Positions 17,001-25,273 of a stretch of 33,782 nt of DNA are shown piece after piece. The translations under genes were made by a program, and so were the position numbers. The notes under the pieces are model-generated. The model did not search any database. It was not told the DNA's origin and was given only the letters and a program-made list of their open reading frames with translations. The first letter of the stretch is position 1, and each line of letters opens with the position of its first letter. Source of the DNA: Alphaproteobacteria bacterium (lineage in GTDB: Bacteria; Pseudomonadota; Alphaproteobacteria; Rs-D84); assembly GCA_016285415.1 (NCBI GenBank), contig JAEEQU010000002.1:1-33782 (forward strand). The letters run 5' to 3'.

Positions 17001-18839
17001 ATGAAAATTAGAAATATTGCGATTATTGCGCACGTTGACCACGGGAAAACAACCTTGGTTGATAATATGTTGAAACAAGCGGGGACTTTCCGTGAAAACG
17101 AACGCGTAGAAGATCGCGTTATGGACAGTGGTGACATTGAACGCGAACGCGGAATTACCATATCTGCGAAGCCAACATCTATTTTGTGGAATGATTATAA
17201 AATTAACATCGTAGATACCCCTGGACACGCAGATTTTGGTGGCGAAGTAGAACGTATTTTATCCATGGTTGACGGTGTAGTGTTATTGGTGGACAGTGCC
17301 GAAGGCCCCCTGCCCCAGACCAAGTTCGTATTAAGCAAAGCGTTAAAATTAGGTCTACGTCCTATTGTTTGTATTAACAAAGTAGACCGGTCTGATGCCC
17401 GCCCTGATGAAGTTTTGTCCGAAACATTTGATTTATTTGATAAATTGGGTGCAGATGATGCACAACTTGATTTCCCATATCTTTACGCAGTTGGGCGTGA
17501 TGGATGGGCGGTCCGTAATTTAAATGATGAACACAAAGATTTAACCCCGCTGTTCCAACTTATTATTGATCACGTGCCAGCACCTGATTGTAATGGTTCG
17601 CGTTGTCAATTGAACGCGCCATTTACCATGCTTGCCACAACATTGGAATCAGACCCGTATGTTGGACGAATTCTGACCGGTAAAATTGAATCTGGAACTG
17701 TTCATGTTGGCCAGACGGTTAAAGCAATTAATATGAAAGGCGAATTCATAGAAAACGCCAAAATTACAAAAATTATTGAACATCGTGGAATTGAAAAAGT
17801 ATCACGCGAAAGCGCGTCTGCGGGCGATATTGTTGTTGTCGCTGGGTTTACCAAAGCGACTGTGGCAGACACATTGTGCGACCCATCGGTTACCGAACCA
17901 ATTCCGGCAATGCCAATTGATCCACCAACCCTGACCATGACGTTCTTTGTGAATACATCACCATTGGCTGGACAAAGTGGTAAAAAATTGACGTCACGTA
18001 TGATTGGTGAACGCCTGTTCAAAGAAGCAGAAACAAACATTGCTCTGCGCGTCACACAAAGTGAAAACAAAGAATCTTTCGAAGTATCGGGACGCGGCGA
18101 ATTGCAATTGGGTATTTTAATTGAAACCATGCGTCGTGAAGGTTTTGAACTGTCCGTATCACGTCCGCGCGTTGTTATGCATACCGGCGAAAACGGCGAA
18201 ATGCTGGAACCAATAGAAGAAGTCGTTGTTGATGTTGACGATGAATTCAGTGGTGTTGTTATTGAAAAAATGACAAAACGCAAAGCAACTATCACCGAAA
18301 TGAAGGCATCTGGCGGTGGCAAAACCCGCATCGTATTTTCGGCACCATCACGTGGACTGATTGGATATCTGTCTGAATTCAGAACCGATACACGTGGCAC
18401 TGGAATTATGAACCGCGTATTTGACCGTTACGATACATACCGCGGCCCAATTGTTCAATACCGGCCGGGCGTGCTGGTATCCATGGAGAAAGGAACCACC
18501 GCAACGTATGCATTGCATAATCTGGAACCACGCGGTGTATTGTTCGTCGGACCACAAACCGAAGTTTATTCGGGTATGATTATCGGTGAACACAGCAAAG
18601 AAAATGATTTGGAAGTAAACCCAATAAAAGGTAAAGAATTAACCAATGTCCGCAGTGTAACCGCCGATGAAAAATTATTCTTGGCCCCACCACGCAAAAT
18701 GTCATTGGAAGAAGCCCTGTCATACATCCAAGACGATGAATTAGTAGAGGTTACACCGGCAACAATACGTTTGCGTAAAAAAGAATTAGACAGTGGTAAA
18801 CGCAAAAAACTTGCCCGTGGCAAAGACGAAGTATTATAG
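17001..18839 (+). CDS. typA: Translational GTPase TypA/BipA
   Basis: 612 aa. G motifs AIIAHVDHGKTTLVD, DTPGHADFGGEVER and NKVD. EF-G-like domains with the BipA-specific C-terminal domain. Confidence 0.95.
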   Translation: MKIRNIAIIAHVDHGKTTLVDNMLKQAGTFRENERVEDRVMDSGDIERERGITISAKPTSILWNDYKINIVDTPGHADFGGEVERILSMVDGVVLLVDSAEGPLPQTKFVLSKALKLGLRPIVCINKVDRSDARPDEVLSETFDLFDKLGADDAQLDFPYLYAVGRDGWAVRNLNDEHKDLTPLFQLIIDHVPAPDCNGSRCQLNAPFTMLATTLESDPYVGRILTGKIESGTVHVGQTVKAINMKGEFIENAKITKIIEHRGIEKVSRESASAGDIVVVAGFTKATVADTLCDPSVTEPIPAMPIDPPTLTMTFFVNTSPLAGQSGKKLTSRMIGERLFKEAETNIALRVTQSENKESFEVSGRGELQLGILIETMRREGFELSVSRPRVVMHTGENGEMLEPIEEVVVDVDDEFSGVVIEKMTKRKATITEMKASGGGKTRIVFSAPSRGLIGYLSEFRTDTRGTGIMNRVFDRYDTYRGPIVQYRPGVLVSMEKGTTATYALHNLEPRGVLFVGPQTEVYSGMIIGEHSKENDLEVNPIKGKELTNVRSVTADEKLFLAPPRKMSLEEALSYIQDDELVEVTPATIRLRKKELDSGKRKKLARGKDEVL

Positions 18840-18846
18840 TCAATAC

Positions 18847-18875
18847 TTGCAAATTATGCATCAACCTTGTATAGT
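18847..18875 (+). promoter_or_regulatory. Putative sigma70-type promoter (TTGCAA-17-TATAGT) ending 7 nt before the start codon of the RgpF-like gene
   Basis: TTGCAA 18847-18852, 17-nt spacer, TATAGT 18870-18875. The ATG is at 18883 and there is no purine-rich SD in the 7 intervening nt (TTGAACC). Confidence 0.4.
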
Positions 18876-18882
18876 TTGAACC

Positions 18883-19731
18883 ATGAATACCAAACGGTTA
18901 TTCTTGTTCGCAGGATACAGTGCAGACGGCATTGTTGATGATGCGTTGGTTTATTACGTCAAAACTTTAAATAATTTCGGCGATGTGATTTTATTCCTTG
19001 ATTGTAATTGCAAAAGTTCAGAACTTTCAAAATTAAAACCGTACTGCAAGTATGTTAATGCGACACGGCATGGCGAATACGACTTCGGTTCTTATAAACG
19101 CGGTTTTCAATATGCACGCGACAATAATTTACTTGGAAAATATGATTATGTATATATTGTGAACGATTCGGTATTCGGGCCATTGTTTGATATGTCAGAT
19201 ATAATATCCAAAATGGACACAATGGAATCGGATGCCTGTGGAATTGTTATTTCAAAACATAAAACGCACTCTTTTATGGAATCTTGGTTTGTGCGTTTAA
19301 ATAAAAAAATAGTTCTATCAGATTGGTTTGATGAATTTATATCAGGTGTTACGACACAGCCAACCAAAAATCGTGTTACCGTAAAATATGAACACGGTTT
19401 AAGCAAAATAATTAGTGAACATAATCTATCATGGGACGGCGTTTATATTTGCCATGGACGCTATACATACAATAATCCAAAAAAACTGTTTAAATTGGGT
19501 TGTCCATTTATTAAAAAGGCGTGCTTTACTCGCCACAATGGCGCACTGGGGTATGATATAAAATACATATTAAAAAAATCCGACCATGTCGCAGCAACCA
19601 AGATAAAAAATACAGCAAATCGTATTTATGGTAAAAATTATATGAATTGGTTTTTAACATCAAATCCAATAAAAATCTTGGCGCGCAAAATTGGTTATGC
19701 TATAAAGAAAATAAAGAACGGTAAGATATGA
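18883..19731 (+). CDS. RgpF-like (rhamnan synthesis protein F family) polysaccharide biosynthesis protein
   Basis: 282 aa. LFLFAGYSADGIVDDALVYYVKTL, YDFGSYKRGFQY and YIVNDSVFGPLFDM resemble the conserved RgpF blocks (NDSxFGP). Confidence 0.65.
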   Translation: MNTKRLFLFAGYSADGIVDDALVYYVKTLNNFGDVILFLDCNCKSSELSKLKPYCKYVNATRHGEYDFGSYKRGFQYARDNNLLGKYDYVYIVNDSVFGPLFDMSDIISKMDTMESDACGIVISKHKTHSFMESWFVRLNKKIVLSDWFDEFISGVTTQPTKNRVTVKYEHGLSKIISEHNLSWDGVYICHGRYTYNNPKKLFKLGCPFIKKACFTRHNGALGYDIKYILKKSDHVAATKIKNTANRIYGKNYMNWFLTSNPIKILARKIGYAIKKIKNGKI

Positions 19732-20564
19732 AAAATTTAAAACGTATTGCCGCAATAACAATGGCGCGAAATGATGAATTTTTTCTTTCGCGATGGGTGG
19801 AATATTATGGTGGTGAAATCGGCATTGAAAACCTATACATTATTTTAGATGGCACCGACCAGATCGCACCAAAAAATGCAAAGGGCGCAAATATTATCAA
19901 AATGCCACATACAGATATGTCGCGTGCGACGGGCGATAAATACCGCATTGGTAAAATATCTGAATTGGCATGTGACCTGTTTAATAAATATGACATTGTT
20001 ATCGGATGCGATTCGGACGAATTTCTAATTGTTGATCCGAATACAAGGAAAACATTATCTGAATATTTATCAAACCTTAAATATTCTACAACTGTATCGG
20101 GATTGGGATTAGATGTTGGACAAAATTTATCCAAAGAAAAAAAATTAAATACAAAAAAACCAATGCTTGTGCAACGCTCGTATGCCCTGCTCTCTACACG
20201 ATACACAAAACCCGTTGTCTTATTTAAACCTGCCCACTGGGGCAGCGGTTTCCACCGCGTAAAACACCATAATTTTCATATTGATAAAAATTTATATCTT
20301 CTGCACTTTGGTGCGGTTGATATGGAAATGCTGGTATCCAAGGCACAAAAGAGAGGGCCTGATTGGGTAAACCATCTGCGCCGTCGTGGTAATGGGACAA
20401 TAAATTTGGTCACAAACAAAACACCGCATGGGGAAAGATATATAAAAATTGCCCGCATAATGCAACGTATATGTCGGCCGATTTATGCGATTGGTAAACC
20501 ATGCATGATTGGGATAAAATGGGTTGTAAAAATTCCAACACGTTTTAGAAAGTCGGGGGTATAA
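19728..20564 (+). CDS. Glycosyltransferase, GT2-like (Glyco_tranf_2_4-type)
   Basis: 278 aa. AAITMARNDEFFLSRWVEYYGGEIGIENLYIILDGTD and a DSDEF (DxD-like) motif. The ATG overlaps the upstream stop (ATGA). Confidence 0.6.
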   Translation: MKNLKRIAAITMARNDEFFLSRWVEYYGGEIGIENLYIILDGTDQIAPKNAKGANIIKMPHTDMSRATGDKYRIGKISELACDLFNKYDIVIGCDSDEFLIVDPNTRKTLSEYLSNLKYSTTVSGLGLDVGQNLSKEKKLNTKKPMLVQRSYALLSTRYTKPVVLFKPAHWGSGFHRVKHHNFHIDKNLYLLHFGAVDMEMLVSKAQKRGPDWVNHLRRRGNGTINLVTNKTPHGERYIKIARIMQRICRPIYAIGKPCMIGIKWVVKIPTRFRKSGV

Positions 20565-20565
20565 C

Positions 20566-21579
20566 ATGGGCACACCCAAAAAGATAGACATTGTTTATAG
20601 ATGGGTAGATGGGTCAGATAAAAAATGGCAGGCCGAAAAAGATAAATGGTATAAAAAAATAACCGGCAAAACCCCAATATATAAAGGTTCTGCAACAACC
20701 GAACGTTTCCGCAATAATGACGAATTAAAATATTCACTGCGTTCGGTCGCAGAATGTGCGCCATGGATTAATCATATTTATATCATAACTGGATTTAACC
20801 AGGTTCCAAAATGGCTAAACACGAAACACCCAAAAATAACCATCGTTTCACACGAAGAAATTATGCCAGCGGATGCCCTGCCAACATTTAATTCAACCGC
20901 CATTGAAATGTGTATTCCAAACATCAAAAATTTGTCTGAACATTTTATTCAAATGGCTGACGACATGTTTTTTAATAAACCGGTTAAACCAAGTTTTTTC
21001 TATGACCGCCTTGGACGTGCCAAGGTAAGTTATAATGCATGGTTACATCATCCAAAAAATATTGATAATTGGTTGGCAAAATCAGACGGATGGACAAGGC
21101 GTCTTATACTCGCAGAAATGAAACTCAAAGAACTGTTTGGCAAAAATGTTTTCTTTGCCCGTCCATCACATGGAATTGACCCATATCTAAAATCTGCATG
21201 GTTGGAATATCGTAATCATCCAAAAATGAAACCATTAATTGATAAACAAATTTACAATAAATTCCGCAGTGAATCTGAATTTCCATGTTGGATGTTTTGC
21301 CTATATGCGTTCGTAACAAACCGTGCGGTTCTATATCATTCACGGGCACGCAAATATGGACACCGTAAAATCATAAACTTTATTTATAACATATTGCATT
21401 TCAGACGTATTCGCAGATCTAATATTGTATGTGAAAATGTCGTTCTTGCCCAAAAGGCCATTGCAACGGCGACAACATTTTGCATAAATGACGGGCCAAA
21501 CAATACCCCGGAAATATTACAACAAAACACCGATTTTTTGGAAAAGCGTTTTCCGAATAAATCACCATTTGAAAAATAA
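20566..21579 (+). CDS. Stealth-family capsular polysaccharide hexose-1-phosphoryltransferase
   Basis: 337 aa. Stealth CR1 is IDIVYRWVDGSDKKW. CR2 is ERFRNNDELKYSLRSVAECAPWINHIYIITGFNQVPKWLN...ITIVSHEEIMPADALPTFNSTAIE...LSEHFIQMADDMFF. Downstream CR3/CR4-like blocks are present. GGGGG RBS. Confidence 0.9.
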   Translation: MGTPKKIDIVYRWVDGSDKKWQAEKDKWYKKITGKTPIYKGSATTERFRNNDELKYSLRSVAECAPWINHIYIITGFNQVPKWLNTKHPKITIVSHEEIMPADALPTFNSTAIEMCIPNIKNLSEHFIQMADDMFFNKPVKPSFFYDRLGRAKVSYNAWLHHPKNIDNWLAKSDGWTRRLILAEMKLKELFGKNVFFARPSHGIDPYLKSAWLEYRNHPKMKPLIDKQIYNKFRSESEFPCWMFCLYAFVTNRAVLYHSRARKYGHRKIINFIYNILHFRRIRRSNIVCENVVLAQKAIATATTFCINDGPNNTPEILQQNTDFLEKRFPNKSPFEK

Positions 21580-21580
21580 T

Positions 21581-22195
21581 TTATTGTTTTTTGAATCGGT
21601 CGCAAACAAATTTCAATTGTCGACCGTATTTCAGTATTGCAATTTCACCATTGCATAATAAAAACTTGTCTGGGGTTATAACAATTTCACGCATACCATC
21701 ATTAGTAAATAATGTACCATTAACTGTATCACATTTACCCAAGAACAAATTCAATGTATCGCCCGCATTTAGCCGTACAGCCCCTGAAACCTCAACCCCA
21801 TCAAAATGAAATTTTAAATTATCGGCATCAACACAGCACATATAAACATTGGCAAACACATTGTCTTGTTTTTTCACACCATTTTTTTCACTGGCCATTG
21901 TCCAAACATCAACCGCCAATAATTCCTTTTTGGTGGTATCAATGGTATAACCAACCTCTTCCATTATTTCACGACGCAATGCATCATCTATTGTTTCGCT
22001 ACTCTGCACATGCCCAGACGCCGTCGTATACAGCGTTCCTGTATCTGTCCTGATTTGGAAATATATATTTCCATTTTCATCATACAACCAACAATGCACT
22101 GTTTTATGCCACAAACCATTTTTATGAACATTTTCGCGCGATTCAACACCAATAAAGTTCATATCTTTATCATAAAAATCCAGCATTTCGGACAT
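21581..22195 (-). CDS. Nudix hydrolase with C-terminal extension
   Basis: Perfect Nudix box GHVQSSETIDDALRREIMEEVGY (Gx5Ex7REUxEExGU). Start set at ATG 22195 (MSEMLDFY), coupled to the upstream GT2 stop (TAATATG). The ORF-track start at 22207 is a TTG. Confidence 0.85.
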   Translation of the reverse strand: MSEMLDFYDKDMNFIGVESRENVHKNGLWHKTVHCWLYDENGNIYFQIRTDTGTLYTTASGHVQSSETIDDALRREIMEEVGYTIDTTKKELLAVDVWTMASEKNGVKKQDNVFANVYMCCVDADNLKFHFDGVEVSGAVRLNAGDTLNLFLGKCDTVNGTLFTNDGMREIVITPDKFLLCNGEIAILKYGRQLKFVCDRFKKQ

Positions 22196-22196
22196 A

Positions 22197-23213
22197 TTAT
22201 TTCCCAATAAATTTCAAAACACGTTTTGCCAATTCACGACGTGATGCCGGCGGATTGTCTAATACACCCAATTTATATAAATCTGTAAAAGATTGTTTTG
22301 CGATTTTTAATTCTTCAGCCGTCTTTAAATACTTAATCTTGCGGAATGCCCAATTCACAAAAAACCATAAAAAGTTTTTAGACCATAATTCCATTTGATG
22401 CGAATCTGCTTGGTCATTATACAAAACAAAAGAATCTTTGATACCTGTAATTAAACTCTGCATAATACGCAATTGTTTGGCCGATAATACAATGCCACCA
22501 AAATTTGGAATATAATAATATAATGGCAATGGCATAATCGTAACACGTGGATTACGTAACATAACACGCGACCACCATGGAAAATCTTCAAATAAAATAC
22601 CCTTAATAAATGGAATATCTGCTATTAAACTGCGCCGATAAAGGTTTTTCCAAACCTGACAATGTTTAATCAGCCATTTACGATTTTTGTTAAACGCGTT
22701 ATGCGCACCATCTGTTGCATATTCATAAACATCGTCCGTTGTACGTGTTTTTATTTTGTTTAATTTATACCTTTTCTTGATACCCAATGGCACGACATTG
22801 TCGGTATCCAACCCCAGTTTATGATACACCATCAATTGTGGACGATAAAAACGATCATATGTAAACGAAACTATATCTGAATCATCGCGCACCGCCATCG
22901 CATACGCCAATTCCATTGTTTGCGGGTGAATAAAATCGTCACTATCCAGATACATTATATATTCACCTTTGGCATACGGCATGCCCGCATTACGCGCATC
23001 AGACAGCCCCCCATTTTCCTTGTGCACAACAATAAATCGTTTATCACGTGCAGCGTATTCTTCGGCAATTTCACCAGATTTATCAGGCGAACCATCATCA
23101 ACACAAATTGCTGTCCAATCTTTAAAGGTCTGGTTTAACACACTGTCCAAACAACGACGCAGGTATTTTTCAACCCCATACATTGGGATAATAATTGATA
23201 TTTTTGGCACCAT
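22197..23213 (-). CDS. Glycosyltransferase family 2
   Basis: 338 aa. ISIIIPMYGVEKYLRRCLDSVLNQTFKDWTAICVDDGSPDKSGEIAEEYA and the DSDD motif. Confidence 0.9.
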   Translation of the reverse strand: MVPKISIIIPMYGVEKYLRRCLDSVLNQTFKDWTAICVDDGSPDKSGEIAEEYAARDKRFIVVHKENGGLSDARNAGMPYAKGEYIMYLDSDDFIHPQTMELAYAMAVRDDSDIVSFTYDRFYRPQLMVYHKLGLDTDNVVPLGIKKRYKLNKIKTRTTDDVYEYATDGAHNAFNKNRKWLIKHCQVWKNLYRRSLIADIPFIKGILFEDFPWWSRVMLRNPRVTIMPLPLYYYIPNFGGIVLSAKQLRIMQSLITGIKDSFVLYNDQADSHQMELWSKNFLWFFVNWAFRKIKYLKTAEELKIAKQSFTDLYKLGVLDNPPASRRELAKRVLKFIGK

Positions 23214-23222
23214 AATTTTGTC

Positions 23223-24128
23223 CTACATTTTATTGACCATTTCGTCCGCAAATGTCCCCGGTACAATATTTTTAACCCACGGACTATTATAAGTTGTCTT
23301 TTGAAAGAACGATTCTGATGTTATACGGTCAAAAATTTCTTGGTCAAAAGGTTTATCACCGTATGCCCACCACAACGCATGCGTTGGATCTTGGTCAACA
23401 TGTGGCATTTTTGCGAAATATTTTATGGCACGCGGATCATTTTGCACCAATGTCTTAAATAATAATTGATGCATAAAATAATCAAACGCATGATTTTCAT
23501 GCATCCAAAAATCAATTATCATTGCACGCCACGCATCCAGCAAGTATGCACCTTTGCGTGCACGAATAAAACAGTTTTGCATATAACTGTACGGACTGCC
23601 TACATTTTGCCCGGCCATATATACAAAGAAATCTTGTTCTATAATCCAATCTTGAATTGGGCCTGTTGCAAACCCAGTTGAATCCAACCAAATTCCGCCA
23701 TGCTCGTATAACAATTCTACACGACAAATATCGGCAAAATGTGCATGCTTAATTTTCCCAGCACGACGCTTTGCCATAATTTCTTCGGGCAATGTTATGT
23801 AATCAAAAACTGTATTTTCATCTAATACAACCAGTTCTTGTTTGCAGTGTTTTCTGACACTGCGAAAACACGCCTTGACTAATGGTGGCGCCTTTTCTTC
23901 ACCCTGCAACCAAAGCGTAAATATCTTTTCATTTTTATCATTATTTACAACTTTGCGTTCTGGAATTTTTGCCGCTGCAGGTAAATACCTTTTGAAATAA
24001 CGGGGGATAACATTTGCCAAAATATCACTGCGAACCTGTCTTCTTTTTTCGCGTGAACGCCAAAACCAATTCAACACATGTCCACGCAAAATTATATCTG
24101 ATAATGCCAGTATTCTGCCAAGACTCAT
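23223..24128 (-). CDS. Capsular polysaccharide synthesis protein / GT32-like glycosyltransferase (Caps_synth family)
   Basis: 301 aa. IFTLWLQGEEKAPPLVKACFRSVRKHC and HFADICRVELLYEHGGIWLDSTGF resemble the Caps_synth / Gly_transf_sug conserved blocks. AAGGGGGAA RBS. Only 21 nt downstream of recA. Confidence 0.72.
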   Translation of the reverse strand: MSLGRILALSDIILRGHVLNWFWRSREKRRQVRSDILANVIPRYFKRYLPAAAKIPERKVVNNDKNEKIFTLWLQGEEKAPPLVKACFRSVRKHCKQELVVLDENTVFDYITLPEEIMAKRRAGKIKHAHFADICRVELLYEHGGIWLDSTGFATGPIQDWIIEQDFFVYMAGQNVGSPYSYMQNCFIRARKGAYLLDAWRAMIIDFWMHENHAFDYFMHQLLFKTLVQNDPRAIKYFAKMPHVDQDPTHALWWAYGDKPFDQEIFDRITSESFFQKTTYNSPWVKNIVPGTFADEMVNKM

Positions 24129-24149
24129 GTTTCCCCCTTTTATTTAGGT

Positions 24150-25220
24150 TTATTCTTCTGAAACCGATTCGCCTTCGTCATCAACTGGGGAACCGATTGT
24201 CATTTCTTCGGCAATACCATTTGCCCGCGACATAATCTTATCAAGCAATTCTTGCTGTGCTTCGGGATGGTCTTTTAACCATTGGCGTGCGTTTGCTTCG
24301 CCCTGCCCTATGCGTTCATCGTTATAGGAATAAAAACTGCCTGCCTTATCAATGAAATTGTATTTAACACCCATATCTAAAATTTCACTGATACGGGAAA
24401 TGCCTTCGCCGTACATAATTTTGAAATCAACTGTACGGAACGGTGGTGCGACCTTGTTTTTAACAATTTTAACACGCGTTTCATTTCCGATAATATTTTC
24501 TTTATCTTTGATTGCCCCAGTACGACGAATATCCAACCGAACGGATGCATAGAACTTTAACGCATTACCACCCGATGTTGTTTCTGGGTTTCCAAACATA
24601 ACACCAATTTTCATACGAATCTGGTTAATAAAGATAAGCAATGTATTACTGCGTGAAACACTGCCTGCTAATTTTTTCAATGATTGGCTCATCAAACGAG
24701 CGGTCGTTCCCATAAATGTATCACCGATATTACCTTCTAATTCGGCCTTGGGTACCAATGCCGCAACAGAATCAACAACCACGACATCAACCGCACCTGA
24801 TTTAATCAAGGTGTCTGCGATTTCCAATGCCTGTTCGCCCGAATCGGGTTGCGAGATAATAAGGTTTGCAACATCAACACCCAACTTTTTTGCATAACTT
24901 GGATCCAGCGCATTTTCCGCATCAATATACGCACATGTGCCACCCTTCTTTTGTGCTTCGGCAACCGCATGCAATGCAAGTGTTGTCTTACCAGAACTTT
25001 CTGGACCGTATATTTCAACGATACGGCCACGTGGGTAACCACCGATTCCCAATGCGATATCTAATCCCAATGAACCCGAAGATATTGCTTCTATGCTCTG
25101 CTGGGAACCATCACCCATTTTCATAATTGCTTCTTTACCGAATTGTTTTTGAATTTGCGCCAACGCTGATTCCAGTGCAGGATTTTTTGCACCCGTTGTT
25201 GCGACTTCTTTCTTTGCCAT
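24150..25220 (-). CDS. recA: Recombinase RecA
   Basis: 356 aa. Walker [14 protein letters not shown], Walker [11 protein letters not shown]1/L2 loop regions, acidic C-terminal tail. Confidence 0.97.
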   Translation of the reverse strand: MAKKEVATTGAKNPALESALAQIQKQFGKEAIMKMGDGSQQSIEAISSGSLGLDIALGIGGYPRGRIVEIYGPESSGKTTLALHAVAEAQKKGGTCAYIDAENALDPSYAKKLGVDVANLIISQPDSGEQALEIADTLIKSGAVDVVVVDSVAALVPKAELEGNIGDTFMGTTARLMSQSLKKLAGSVSRSNTLLIFINQIRMKIGVMFGNPETTSGGNALKFYASVRLDIRRTGAIKDKENIIGNETRVKIVKNKVAPPFRTVDFKIMYGEGISRISEILDMGVKYNFIDKAGSFYSYNDERIGQGEANARQWLKDHPEAQQELLDKIMSRANGIAEEMTIGSPVDDEGESVSEE

Positions 25221-25244
25221 AAATAACCCCTTTCTTACACGGCT

Positions 25245-25273
25245 ATACTACAAAGAAAAAAGGTTACTTGCAA
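25245..25273 (-). promoter_or_regulatory. Putative sigma70-type promoter for recA (TTGCAA-17-TAGTAT on minus strand)
   Basis: Minus strand: TTGCAA (25273-25268), 17-nt spacer, TAGTAT (25250-25245), about 24 nt upstream of ATG 25220. It abuts the stop of the upstream MFS gene. Confidence 0.4.
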
